NCBI RefSeq assembly: GCF_009914755.1
Contig: NC_060940.1
From: the human T2T-CHM13v2.0 reference genome, Homo sapiens
Length of the DNA: 64,000 nucleotides
Direction: 5' to 3' (one strand)
Every line of letters begins with the position of its first letter. Within the stretch, counting starts at the first letter, position 1. Of the stretch, positions 1 through 15,099 are shown in pieces. The translations under genes and the position numbers were made by a program. The notes beneath the pieces were generated by a model, which saw only the letters and a program-made list of their open reading frames with translations, had not been told where the DNA came from and did no database searches.

Positions 1-364
1 TGTATGGTACATTTACTGGTGTATGGTACCGTATGTGGCTGATGTTAGGTCATATTAAATTTTACATTTTGAGATTGCTTATACATAGTAGTGTTTTATA
101 CACAGTAATTCTCTTTTCCCTATGGGGATTATAAGATCCCTCTGGCTGACAACACTGCTATAAATTTGTTTTTTGTGTCTAGTAAGATGCTACAAATGTG
201 GTTGACTCTCAGCATTTCTTGTCAAATGGAAACATGTATAGATTGGAAGTTAAGCTTTTTGTTTTTTGTTTTTTTTTACTTTACTGAACAGTTATTTAAC
301 CTTAACTCTTAATCTGCTCTCCATCACCAGTAGAAAATATTTTGTTTAGAAAATGTTTTGTGTA

Positions 365-818
<454 letters not shown>

Positions 819-2075
819 CTACTGCTCTTCCTCCTGTTTTTATTTAAGACTATGAAGTTACTTTAGTGTAACTGCTGCTGTCACCTTTGCCCTTAGCTAA
901 TCAAATAGTTTACCTTGAGGGAAGCATTTATCTCCCACTTTCATTATTATTATTTTTGTAGCTGTAAAGATATATATTTTATGTCTGCAGAAGGCTGTAA
1001 CAGTGAAACGAGGTATTGATCTGCTGTATTTAGCAATTTCTTTCCACCTTGCCATCAATAGCATGTCAGCATCTGTCTGTACCGTGGTTGACCTCACAAA
1101 TAGCTCTTTATGCTCCCATTGGATTCAAATGATATAGTATGCTGAAAACTAAATCAATGAATGATTATAAAGTTTTTAGTATTATTTCATGACCTGGAGG
1201 CAACTGGTACTCCTTGCACTGACAGTTCAGTGTACAATGAATATGGTAAAATGAGTGTGTCTGGCCTTTGTTCTACTGAAAGGAGGAAAACGGGTCACCT
1301 GGTTGGGTCAGCTCATACTTCTAATGATCTCAAAGCACTTAGGCACTTCAGTTAAACATCTCACTTTACAGAATCAGGCAGAGAGAAGAGCAAGACTCCT
1401 ATTTAACTTTATTCCCCATGCCTCATCACAAGTATGTAGCAAATGTTTCTAAAATTATTTGAGCTATAATCATATAGGCTTTTGCCTTCATTTATAAAAG
1501 AAAGACAAAAACCCAAAACTAGATGCTTTGTCACTGTCACCAAGGACCTAACGAAAAGGCACATGGTGGAAGGAGGGAGAGTGGTAACCTAGGTTTAGGT
1601 CTAAGGGGACTCTTGCTTGCTGTCAGCACCTGGTACAAATACCAAGATAGGGTTTTTGGGGCCACATTTTCCATTTGAGGGAGTTCCTACTCACCTCCAC
1701 TGATCTGTGGAACACTGAAATAGCAGGAGTCACTAATTTGCCTGCTTTTGGATGTTGCTGAATTCAGCATCGTCTTGAAAAGTTCTTGCCGAATCATACA
1801 TTCAGATGAAAGATGTTTTAGATATTAAACTTGACATTTGGGATATATGGAAAGATAGAACCAGGTGATGGTGGGTGAACAGGGAAAGTAGAACCCAGCA
1901 GTTGTCATCCTGATCTTTTGAGGATATGAATCAAATCTATTTATTTCTAAGAAATGCCATCCTGATGTACTCCTTTGTCCATCAGCCCAGTAGGAAGTTT
2001 GACAAGGAGTATTGGGGAGTTCACATACTAATTCATTCCCCAGACATTTGTTGGATGAATAATGTCTGAAAAATA

Positions 2076-2343
2076 GGGTATCTTGGCTGTATTCCTTACA
2101 GATGACGGGTTATCTCCTTTCCCCAGGGTCACTTAAGGAAGAGTGGATGATAGTGATCAGAGCTTAAAGGTGTTGGTCTACACCAGTGCTGCCACGAAGT
2201 CAGGAGTTTGAGACCAGTCTATAGTGCTGGTGTAGACCAACACCTGTATATAATGTTTATTTTCAAGTTCATTTGTACCACTAAATACTGTCTCTGATGG
2301 GGGCCACTAGGGCTCTATTTGTGATTAGAAATCCTATTGTTGA
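2076..2343 (+). repeat. Old local duplication, copy 1 (paralog at 3488-3709)
   Basis: Colinear shared words TCTTGGCT, GGGTTAT, TCACTTAAGGA, TAGTGATCAG, CTGGTGTAGACC, ATTTTCAAGTTCA, TTAGAAATCCTATTGTTGA. Confidence 0.85.
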
Positions 2344-3487
2344 GAATTATTACTGTGTCCTGGGTTAGAGAGAATAGATATGAGGGCTAGCTCCTCCTCT
2401 TGAATGTTCATGGGAAACTGTCATGCTTGGCTTTAGCAAATCCAGAATGTGTCTACCTGCCTTTTTTGGCCAATTGCCATTATTCCCCCCAGTAAGATAT
2501 TTGAATAGGGGAAATAATGGGTGGATTTTATGACCATTTCATGTCTGGTCAGTTTCTTTTCCTACATGAAAGGATGAAGTGGGGACTCTTCATGTAAAGC
2601 CACAGAGTCGGAAGCCCCGAGGAAGAAATTCAGCTTGGTCCTCTGAATCTGGGATTGAGAACAACAAACTGAGGCACCATACCCTCTATTTCCTGTAGTA
2701 TAGGAAATTGCTGATAATTAATAATTTTAGCATTGAACTTATTCAAGTCCAGTAAAATTTTCTTAGGATCTGCTCAGGGATCTGCCTCTCCTAAATTCTT
2801 GGGTTACTTTTGTTATTCATTATGGATATGTGACTGATTAATCAGCTAAGCTGTTTTTGAAGTCATTTTAACTTTTGTTCTGTATTATCCTTTAGGAATA
2901 TGAGTACCATTAGTACTTTGTGATGTCTACAGGAGTACTTCCTTTTCATTTGTCCTGTGGTGTCTGAAGGAGAACTTTCTTTTATCTTTCCTGTATTAGT
3001 TCACGTTATACTGTGAGGTTTGCAACTCAGGTCTAAATACAGGATTTGGGAAAGATGTTCCTGTCTCTCAATTCAGTCTTTGTGATTTTATGTACATATA
3101 TGCCTGAATATTAGATAAGGAATTTTCCCACTCAGATTATGCTGCTGGAAAGAGAAGTCACTTCATATTCAAATCTTTCTCAAGTCTTTTGTATTGTAGA
3201 ATGATCTTCATTGTGAACGGCATTATTTGGTCAGCTATCCAAATAGTATGTGAGTGTGTACTTATGGCTTGGAATATTTTTCTGGATCAAAACTATATGT
3301 AGTAATCTGGATTTATGCACCATAATTTCTATTTTTTGCCTAAGAGTGGAAGGTTGCTACATGCTCATATAGTACTTAAAATAATTTATGTTTTGCTGTC
3401 TGCAGATATATATTAGAAACTAGCTATATTCTTGTTGGTAGAGAATAGGGCAATTAGTTGACCTTTGTTCATATAAGCTTTGATAGT

Positions 3488-3709
3488 GGGATGTCTTGGC
3501 TTTGTTCCTTGTAGATGATGGGTTATTTCCTCTCCCCAGGCTCACTTAAGGATGGGTGGGTGGTAGTGATCAGGAATTAAAGAGTGACTAGTGTTGCCTC
3601 TGGTGTAGACCCACACTTTTATATAAAATCATTTTCAAGTTCAAACCTCTAAAGGCTGTGTCTGATGAGGGCCACTTAAGGCTCTGTTTCTTAGAAATCC
3701 TATTGTTGA
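3488..3709 (+). repeat. Old local duplication, copy 2
   Basis: Diverged direct copy of 2076-2343. Confidence 0.85.
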
Positions 3710-5778
3710 TGAAAAGGCTGTAAGAAGACCTGTCCAACTTAATTCTTGATCCTAGCTAGTCACTTAATGACAATCATGTGGCCTGTAAATGAGATAAGAC
3801 ATTTCTTTTTACTCAATTAAGATAAAGAAGAAACCTCTTTACAGGTTATATGTTAATGCACACACATCTTAATACAATCATGTATTTCTACTACATAGAA
3901 AAGCAATAAGAGCCCGAACTTAGAATTGTATAAGGAGGTATTTGTGTCATATACTGGACTCTGAATCATTTGTGGACTACGATTTTATAAACAGACTCTA
4001 AAAAAATATAAAACGTGTCGATGAACTACTGTGTACCTAAAGTTACATTATTTTTCATTAAATAAAATTCTATATACACACACTAATATTCACAGTTCTC
4101 ATAATAGTATGGTTATATTATGTTGAAACTCGTCCTTCTTAAAGATTATTTTGTTTTGTAGACATGTAGGAACTTTCCTAGAAAATCTGTATCCAGTTTT
4201 TTTCTGTGCCATTTTGAATTAGAAACTCCCTAAAGAAGAATAAATTAACTTTGCATTTTCTTTCATTTTTTTAGGATCTGAGAATGTGTATGTGTCTGAG
4301 GCTACCTCTGTGTCTAAAAGCAGAGCATGCTTAAAACCATGGCTGAGGAGTTATGCTTAACGGTATACTTTGCATGCATTTGTGATTTGAAATAGGAAAA
4401 AAAGTCAAATTTGAGACAGCTTGAATGGCATGCTGTCAGTTTGGAGCTTCATGAATTGGCAATGGTCTCATTTAGGACCTTCAGATGTGTCTCTGCCTGG
4501 ACAGAATGAGAACATTTTGCATGTTCAGAAGGAGACAGCCACTCCTTGCTGCTTCACAATAGGCAGTGGTGCATGACAGTTGCCCTTCATTGCTGGCTTC
4601 TTGGAGCTTAACCTCTGACCCTCCACTTAGTCACTGTGCAGCAGTTGGAGCAGGTTGGAGATGTTGGTGAATGACAGGCATTGGCCTGCAACATGCTTGT
4701 CATTATTTGACTGTCAAAAGGAGCCTGCCATTGGTTTCCATCAAGGTTTGAAACCTCTGTGCAGCAGTCCATATTACTTAACTTCCAAGGCTGTCAACAG
4801 GATGATCAAATGTGCATAAAAAAATCAGAGTGCTGAATATATCTTCAATCAGGAGAAAGAAGTTTCCCCTCTTCTTTTCTTTCTTTCTTTCTCTCTTTCT
4901 CTTTTTATTTTTCTTTTGGCTAAATATATTCAGATGACTTTCACAGGGCCAAGAGGTTGAATCTGTTGCTCCAGTGAGAAAAGTGAACTGTTGTCTCAAG
5001 TGGTCTAAGTTTCAAATAGCACAATTTAAATCTGAGCAGCTCTGCTGGCTAAATTCTCTGACTTGTCTGGCATATTCTATCAGCTTTCAGCTGTTAGTTT
5101 AAGGGACTAGATGCTAGTCCAGTGGTGCCTGGTGTTAGCTCACAGGATAAAACGTTTACTTTGGTCTCTATGTAGTGTTGCAAAGGGATGCAGACGTCTG
5201 TGTATGTGACTGCGAATGAAAGGGATGATTTTGGATGTATGATTACTATCTCATTTAAGACTCTTTTTTCCACATGGTAGGGTTCAAACTGGAATTTTAA
5301 GTGATCTGATCAAGTCTTAGAAACTTAACAGGTCAGTCTTATGCAATTTATTTTTTAGACATAGAAAAATATGACAGCAAAAGCCATTTTTTTTCTTGTA
5401 AATTTGAAACTTTGGTTTGAAAAGCATCTTGAAGTGGAAGAGGATGAACCTAACAGTATTCTGGAAGTGTATGGAAAGTGTTGGTTTGCTTCTAACATTG
5501 TGCAGTGGATGGTGTGGGAGTCACGAGACCTGAGTTTTAGTTTTGCTTCTGCCATTTTCCAGCAGTGTCACTGTGTGTAAGTCACTGAACCCCTTAGTCT
5601 CAGTTCTTCATATGGAAAAATAGAGATACTAATATGGTGAGGATGGAAGGAGGTACTGTTTGTAAAGTACTTGCTTTTGTTAAGTACTGTAGTCACTCAG
5701 TAGGCATTCCCTGATCTCCTTTTTATCCTTTTCTTTTACATCCAGTGTTAGCAGGAAAGACATCAAACAGTAGTAAGG

Positions 5779-6176
<398 letters not shown>

Positions 6177-6252
6177 TCACGTTTTAGTCAAGCACTCAAA
6201 CTACCAATCTGAGTAGGCTGCCTGCCTTCCTTTTTTCTCCTTCCCTTCCTTC

Positions 6253-6578
6253 CATTCATTCATTCACTCAACAGATATTTATAGAGCTCCTACTATGTGC
6301 CAGGCCCTGGTCTAAGTTCTAGGATACAGCCATGAACTAGATAGGTATCATTTGGCTATCATTAGGTATCTGGAGAGAGAGACAAAAAATAAACAAACAA
6401 ATAATGACTTTTTGATAGTTCTAAATACTATTAAAAAATTAGTGTAAGAGGATAAAGAGTTATTTTGGTTGGTCACAGAAGAGCTTTCACTGTAGAGTTC
6501 TTTCCAGCAGAGAACTGTTTGAAGGAAGGAGAGGGCCCTGGGAAGATGGGGACAGTCTTCCAGACAAAAGGGGACCAT
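6253..6578 (-). mobile_element. L2 3' end
   Basis: CATTCATTCATTCACTCAACAGATATTTAT...CTACTATGTGCCAGGC, typical L2 tail in reverse. Confidence 0.75.
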
Positions 6579-6583
6579 ACTTC

Positions 6584-6920
<337 letters not shown>

Positions 6921-7066
6921 TAGTCACCTTTGTCCTAATGTCTTTCCTTCTTTCATCTCTTCATCTTCAGGCCACTGCTGTGTTCAGCCCCTTTAGATTT
7001 CCGTAGGCTCTTGGCCTGTTTCCATTCCACCCACTTCTACCTTGCCATCTTAAAAAATGTAAAATG

Positions 7067-7338
7067 GGCCAGGAGCCGTGGCTCATGCCTGTAATCCTAG
7101 CACTTTGGGAGGCCGAGGTGGGCAGATCACAAGGTCAGGAGATGGAGACCATCCTGGCCAACATGGTGAAACCCTGTCTGTATTAAAATACAAAAAATTA
7201 GCTGGGCTTGGTGGTGCGTGCCTGTATTCTAGCTACTCGGGAGGCAGAGGCAGGCTTGAACCTGGGAGGTGGAGATCTCGCCACTGCACTCCAGCCTGCG
7301 TGACAGACTGAGACTCCGTATCGGGGGGAAAAAAAAAA
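7067..7338 (+). mobile_element. AluSc-like with small deletions, inside an L2 remnant (~6900-7845)
   Basis: GAGATGGAGACCATCCTGGCC diagnostic; GTAAAATG on both flanks. Confidence 0.9.
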
Positions 7339-8322
7339 GTAAAATGACCGTGTCACTCCACTGTTCACAATTTCGTGGAGATTTGCCACTGGCTGCATGT
7401 TAAAATTCAGACTCCTGGGCTTGCTGTATAGGTTCCTGTTTTTTCAGCCTTATTTATTGTCAGCTGGTAACCACGCCCCCAACCCCCAGCTTTCACCCCC
7501 ATAATTTATACCTTATACTCCTACTGTTGGAAAGTGGTGACCCCTGAACATATGCCTCTGTCCTTTTCTCTTTCTAGACTCTTCTCCTCCCTTCTCATTG
7601 GCACCTAGAGAATGATGTATCTTTCAACAATGTCCACAAATGCCACCTCTTCTGAGACTTCTGTGATTCTGCCATCCTCAATGTTGTGTACACTTCCTTA
7701 GCTTTCCCCTCACTATAGCTGTTTGTCCATTACTTTCTCAGTCCCTGAGCTCTTTGAAGGCAAGAACTGCGCTTTTATTCCTCTCTTGTAATTGCAATAT
7801 CTGGCTGAGTGTCTGGCATACAACAAGCACTTTATAAACTGTCACCTGTGATAGCCTAATCTTTAGAAATATTTAGGGATAGATTTATCATGGACTTCAA
7901 ATGTAGATATAATCAGATTGGACAGTATACATTTTGAAGAGCTCTTCAGTCAAAATATTCCATGATTGATAGAGAGACTTCTTTCCTTAGGCCTAATTTA
8001 AATAAATATCATATTGAAAGGAGAGTGATGCATGAAAACATTAGAAACTAATAGAAATATTATATATACTAACTTCCCAAGAACACCAGGATATAGTGTC
8101 ACTGAGCAAGTTAGCTTCAGATAAACTTTTATGTTGCTTTTTTTTTCTATAATCCAACATGTGATGTATCTTTTTTCAAAGAAGATAGTATTAAATTTTG
8201 TATTTCAATTCAGTAAGTAAATTTCATATTTTTTCTATCCATCCATTTATCTCTACATTTTTCCAATTATACTGTATAGCATTGTCATGATTTTTTTTGT
8301 AGTTTTCATTATTTTAGAAGGC

Positions 8323-8617
8323 TTTTTTTTTTGAGACAGGGTCTCACTCTCCTTGCCTAGGCTGAAGTGCAGTGGCACGATCATGGCTCACTGCAGCCTC
8401 AACTTCCCAGGCTCAGGTGATCCTCCCAACACAGCCTCGTGAGTAGCTGGGACTACAGGTGTGCACCACCATGCCCGGCTAATTTTTTGTATTTTTAGTA
8501 GAGACTTGGTTTCGCTATTATTGCCCAGGTTGGTCTTGAACTCCTGGGCTCAAGCGATCTGCCTGCCTTGGCCTCCCAAAGTGCTTGGATTACAGGCATG
8601 AGCCACCGAGCCCAGCC
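8323..8617 (-). mobile_element. AluJ within an L1ME remnant
   Basis: Reverse AluJ; flanking L1M-like sequence to ~8890. Confidence 0.9.
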
Positions 8618-9401
8618 TATTAGAAGCAATTTAATGCCAAACCACAGTAGATTTGTCATATGAATAGAATAATTTATTTAAATAGTTTCCTCTATTGTTG
8701 ACCAATTAGCTTGTTTCATTTATTTTATCAGCATAAATAATGCTGTGTTGAGTCAGTGGGTTTAAACATTTGTATGTGCATTTTTAAATGAATAAATTCC
8801 TAGAAACAGAACAACGGAGTTAAAGATAGGGATTTTTTAAGGCTCTTGATGCATATTGCCAAGTTGCCTTATGGAAAAGGTGTCCAGATGTTTGTAGAGA
8901 TAGGTTGTAAAAAGGATCCTGCATTAGAATGTGTTTCTTAGATTACTTGTATGTGAATTTGGGATCTAACTGGGAATTTTATATTTGAGAGGACATTGGA
9001 GAGTTCAGTAATGGGCATAAAGAGAAGAAAGAGATAGAAGGAAAGGAAGAACAAAATCTAGTTTTGAACTTCTCAAATGGTGTGTAGGCTGTGGTTTAGT
9101 GATTTTCAGACTGTGTCCTGGCTACCTATAGGGATCTGCTTCTCCAGGTGGGGGCCTGAGAACAGCTTAGCTTCTGTTGATGTATTTGTTTATACTTTTG
9201 GATAAAAGTTCCTTCATATTAATACTTCCAAATTTGAAAAGTTTGAAAGCCACTTGGTAGGTCTCTATGTTTACTACTATCATTTTCAGACACATGATTC
9301 AAAAGGGAATTATCTTGTTCATGCCTCTGTTGTTTGAGATGTCAGCCTCCTAGTTCATTGTTACCTTCTTTTTTTAAAATTTAATTTAATTTAATTTAAA
9401 T

Positions 9402-10168
<767 letters not shown>

Positions 10169-10667
10169 CATTGTGGTCTTCTTAAAGGAACCATGTTGCT
10201 AACCCGAATGAGAGAGGAGTAACCTCCTGAATTAGGAGTTGTTACTGCACTTTACAAATATCCTGTTACCTCCTTCACCTCTGTATGGTTAAGGAAATGT
10301 GGTATCAAGTCACTTTCCAGTTCCTACTTCAGTGTGGGAACTGTGAAGTATCTTTTAGGCAAAGTAGAGGTTAAGGCACCTTAAGGGCAGGAACTTCTTA
10401 TCTTGCTTTTATTAGCAGTCGTGTCAACATGCACTAAAATGTGATGACCCACTTTCCCTTCTGATAAAAGGAGAATGACCTGCTTGGCATGGATGGAGAG
10501 AGGTGCCTGAGGCAGATTACATTGTTACCGCTCATAATAACAGTAGGCATAAAGGAGGGGGGTGGTGGAAAGGCCAGCAGATTTCTGTTTACCCATGGAA
10601 ATGTTTGACGTTTTTGGCTTCTGATGAAATGTGCTAAGAAGAGGGGGAAAAAGGAGCATTGTAGCAG

Positions 10668-10753
10668 GGGAAGGAATGAATGAGTAAGGAAAAGAAGGAA
10701 TCTGGCATCAGGGAAGGAATGAATGAGTAAGGAAAAAAGGGAATCTGGTGTCA
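10668..10753 (+). repeat. 43-bp tandem duplication (2 copies, 39/43 identical)
   Basis: GGGAAGGAATGAATGAGTAAGGAAAA...GAATCTGG..TCA twice. Confidence 0.9.
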
Positions 10754-10829
10754 TGTGAGACATGTGAAGCCACGAAGGGCCTTAAATCCCAGCCCTGTAG
10801 CCATCTATTGGCAGAGCCTTAAGACCTCA

Positions 10830-11358
<529 letters not shown>

Positions 11359-12369
11359 TCAGTTAAGTTTATTTACTTACTTGGCTTTGAGACCAGAGTC
11401 TGATAACTCTGGGAAAAAGTTGTAGTTATTTTGAGATGGTCGATATAATTTAAGGCTTTTTTAAGAGAGTAATTGTGTGGTTTAACCTGTCATCTTGAAA
11501 TATGAATTATACAGAGATAACATTAAAAAAGGTTATATGTGACATTTCTAGGTGTCTCAGAAAAAGATTTGAGTTTGTCTCATGTCTACCATGGCAACAC
11601 TCTTGAGTTATTATAAAGAACATTATATAAGGATTTCCTCTAGAATTTTTAAATCTTAAAATGTAACTTACTTTAGCCAGAATAAAAAGAGGTTTAAATT
11701 AATGGAAAACTGACTGGAAGGAAGATATAAAACAAGAAACAATAACACAACAAAACTTCACTAAAGTACACAATTCTACAAATTATGCACACAAGCACAC
11801 ACATTTTACAAATTGAGGGTATTTGTAGAAATTCAACTCTCATTTGAATCAACTCATGACAAAACGTATTTACAAAGTAAGTAGAATGGAAAAGTACCAA
11901 AAAAGCATTTCTTGGGTTAATGGTATTACCCAGGTCAAATCCATTAAGGAAATTCTCTGCCAGACCTTTTCTTTTTTCTTAAGACATGAAGTTTTGCACT
12001 TGTTAGTATAATTTGGGAGTGGTCAAGAAGCTAGGTGATAGAACAACTTCAGATTCTGGATTTCTGGTCTATTATTTGGTTTTTTTTATGAATAAGAGAT
12101 TCACTCTTTTCTTTAAAGGAAGTAATTTAGATTCCTAGCACTGTCATTTCTGTTCTGAATGTTATAAACTCTCTGTACAAAATTTGAAAGGAACAGACAT
12201 GCTCTGATGATGTACAGAATCTTAATGTTTCAAAAACGATAGTTCTCTTCCCCTAGAATAGAAAAGTATAGCGTTCACCTGATTGCAGATCCCAAATGTC
12301 TACATCTGTGGTTGGGTGGCCAATATCACATGAAAGAGTTTTGTGCCTTTTTGCTCAATATATAAGTTT

Positions 12370-12930
12370 GAAAAATGTTGGCTGCAAGTAACAGAATTTC
12401 CATGTAACAGTGGATTAAACAGTAATGACATGACTTTTCCCACATCATAAGCTGTCTGGAAGGAGGAAGTTCTCATGGAACAGTGGCTTAATGATACAGT
12501 CAAATGCAGGTACTTTCCAGTTTTCTGCTCTGCCATTCTTCAGCACGTTGGCTTTTTCGTCTTTTGACTTGTAACCTAGTGATCACTGGGTTATAACAGT
12601 GCCAGGTATCATGTCCTCATGTAACTGTGTTCAGGGTAGGAAGAAGAGGATGGGAAGATAAAAGAGAGTTTTTATATTAGGAGGGAAATCCTTCCTGTAA
12701 GTCCCCTAGCACACTCCTTATTATGTCCTATTGGCCAGATCTGGATTTGTTGGTCATTCCTAGTTGCAAGGGAGACTGGGAAAAGAAGTGTCTGGCAAAA
12801 GGGAATGCGATTCCTACGCTTGGCTTAGAGAGCTCATGATCCATTCCTTGGAACTGGGCTCATGGCTGCCCCTGTTAGCAGGGAAGCAGAATGAATAGCT
12901 GTTGAGTAGGCAGCCAATGGCTTCTGCCAT
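12370..12930 (-). mobile_element. MLT1 (J/K-type) ERVL-MaLR LTR
   Basis: TTGGCTGCAAGTAACAG...CTCTGCCATTCT...CCTATTGGCCAGA...CCTAGTTGCAAGGGAGACTGGGAAA. Confidence 0.7.
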
Positions 12931-13061
12931 ACTCAATTAATGTGTGACTGGAAATGAGATTTTTATCTTTTGTTCCACACTGGCCAAGGGATATGGCCTC
13001 TGTTACCATGTAATATAACCCTTTGAGACAAATACATTTAAGACCAGAATTGGAACTTTGA

Positions 13062-13330
13062 ATTATCCATCCAATACATTTAATTAGCACTGACAGTGTT
13101 CTAGGTTATTGCTAGACACAGGAGATACTGCAGTGAATAAGATGGACAGTCTCTGAACTCATAGGGTTGATAGTCTAGTAGGACTGAGAGATTAGGAAAT
13201 AGTTTCAGTAGATATGGGGAAGGCACAGTTTGCTGTGCGGTGAATGCAAATCAGCTAACATGGACTCGGAGAGTCAGGGAGGGCCTCTTGGAGGAGGCTA
13301 CATCCTCGCTGACTCCAGAGACACAGGATT
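13062..13330 (-). mobile_element. L2 fragment
   Basis: GGAGATACTGCAGTGAATAAGA...ATAGTCTAGT...AGTCAGGGAGGGCCTC. Confidence 0.6.
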
Positions 13331-13559
13331 CAGCTAATCTCAGAAAATGATGAGTTGATCACCCTCCTTTTTTAGGTATTCTTGGAAATCCAAGCAAAAA
13401 CAAATCTGCTCTTAATGTGGAAACTGTGGCAACTTGAGAATTTTATGTGCTTCACGGAGTGAGTAATTCCAGCAGCAGCTCAGGAAGCAGCATAGCAGAG
13501 TGTAAATGGCATTGTCTTTGAAGCCTAGTTGGATAAGCTTTCTGCCTCAATCTATCTGT

Positions 13560-13560
13560 G
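13560..13560 (+). other. rs6499640 site, G allele
   Basis: Flank CAATCTATCTGT[G]TAAGGAACAGGG from recall. Confidence 0.55.
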
Positions 13561-13582
13561 TAAGGAACAGGGTTTCTCTGAA

Positions 13583-14369
13583 AGTATCTTTGAAATACTC
13601 TACCATCAGTTCATATTTCTACTTTCACCTAAGTCAATATTGAATCCTCTTTGGAAATCTTGGGGTCATCCTTCCTTTCTGTCACCTTCTATCTTCAGTC
13701 ACCAAGTCTTTCTGTCTGTTAGCAGCTCTAAAATCTGACCCTTCCTTCTCCTTCTTACTGCCTCTGCTTTAGTTTCTTACTCTATAAAATGGAGATAATA
13801 TATCACTGTGTAGATGCCATAATACAAATAGCAAGCTCTTATGGCACTAATAATTTTTTAATACATGTTAACCATATGAATAGGTCTTATTATTATTATG
13901 TCCATTTTATGGATGGAGAGGTTAAGTAATGTGTTCAAACTGCTCCAGCTAGCAGCTGGTAGAGTTGAGGGTTTGAATATAGGCTGAACATCTGGCTCCT
14001 GAATCTGTCCTCTGCATTGTACTGAGAACCCTGTATCGTACCGAGGTACGTCATCTGTGTTCTTCTGTACTCTCCTATTTTGGGCTAAACCAGGTCAAAC
14101 TCCTATCTTAGTGTCTTTGAAATGCTCAAACCTGCACGTTGTGCACATGTACCCTAGGACTTAAAGTATAATTAAAAAAAAAAAAAAAGCTCCACCATCA
14201 ATCTGTAGTTTCTGCCCTCACCCAAGTCAATATCGAGTTCTCTCTGGAAATCTCGGGGTCATCCTTCCTTTCTGTCACCTATCTTCTGTCACTCACCAAG
14301 TCTTTCAATCTGTCAGCAGATCTGAAATCTGACCCCTCCTTCTCATTTCCACTGCCTCTGCTTAAGTTT
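13583..14369 (+). repeat. ~190-bp diverged direct duplication (13583-13775 and 14110-14369) of L2-like sequence
   Basis: Shared GGGGTCATCCTTCCTTTCTGTCACCT, CACCAAGTCTTTC, AAATCTGACCC, ACTGCCTCTGCTT. Confidence 0.9.
14128..14188 (+). mobile_element. Extremely 5'-truncated L1PA 3' end (~60 bp)
   Basis: AAACCTGCACGTTGTGCACATGTACCCTAG.ACTTAAAGTATAAT + poly-A. Confidence 0.92.
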
Positions 14370-15099
14370 AGGGTGTCTCAAAATACCTCCTTCCAGCACA
14401 GTTGCAATAGTCTCAGAACTAATGTTCTTGCCTCTATTTTTCCCTTCTCCCCAACATCCTCTCTTTTTGCCAATTTCTGTTTCACATTGCTGACAAGTGG
14501 TTTTTCTTATTATTTAACTCTGGTTTGACTTTGATTCAATGTAGGTCTTAAATGTATCCCTTTTGGCTGTAGGATAAAAGGCCAAGTGCCACAGGTTTCC
14601 AGAGCACTATCTGACGTAACCAGCGTCTCCTCCCAGTTCTGACACTTTCCATCTACCCGCTACCAGCTCCATCTATTTGCTGTGTAGTTTGTCAGGGATG
14701 CTGTCTTCCATACTCATTCCCCTCCCCCAGATTTATGTGGGGGAACTCCTTTTTAAGATTTAGCTCTAAAGTTTCTGCCTCTGCAAATCCTTCCCTTCCA
14801 TTGTGCCCATTTATCACTTCAGCTTCTGGTCACTTTGTACTTGGCCATTGCGTTGGTATACTTGGTGTCTCTTTGATGGTGAGTCCTTGGAAGGCAGGAA
14901 CCCTGTGTGCGCCTGTTTCTGCAGAGCACAGTGCAGTTTCTGCTAACAGAGGGCCTATCATAATACTTATGGAAGGGTTGATTGATGTCCTGAGAGTATG
15001 TTTTTAATTTTGCATGGTGGACACATTTTATATATTTATCTGTGGGAAGGAGATTCATGAATAAGTGTGTATATATCTCTATATACATACACACATATA

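Noticed and set aside
4240-4300. Strong-looking 3' splice site (TTTCATTTTTTTAG|GATCTG)
   Set aside because: No convincing donor found at exon-like distance by eye; such sites are common in long introns
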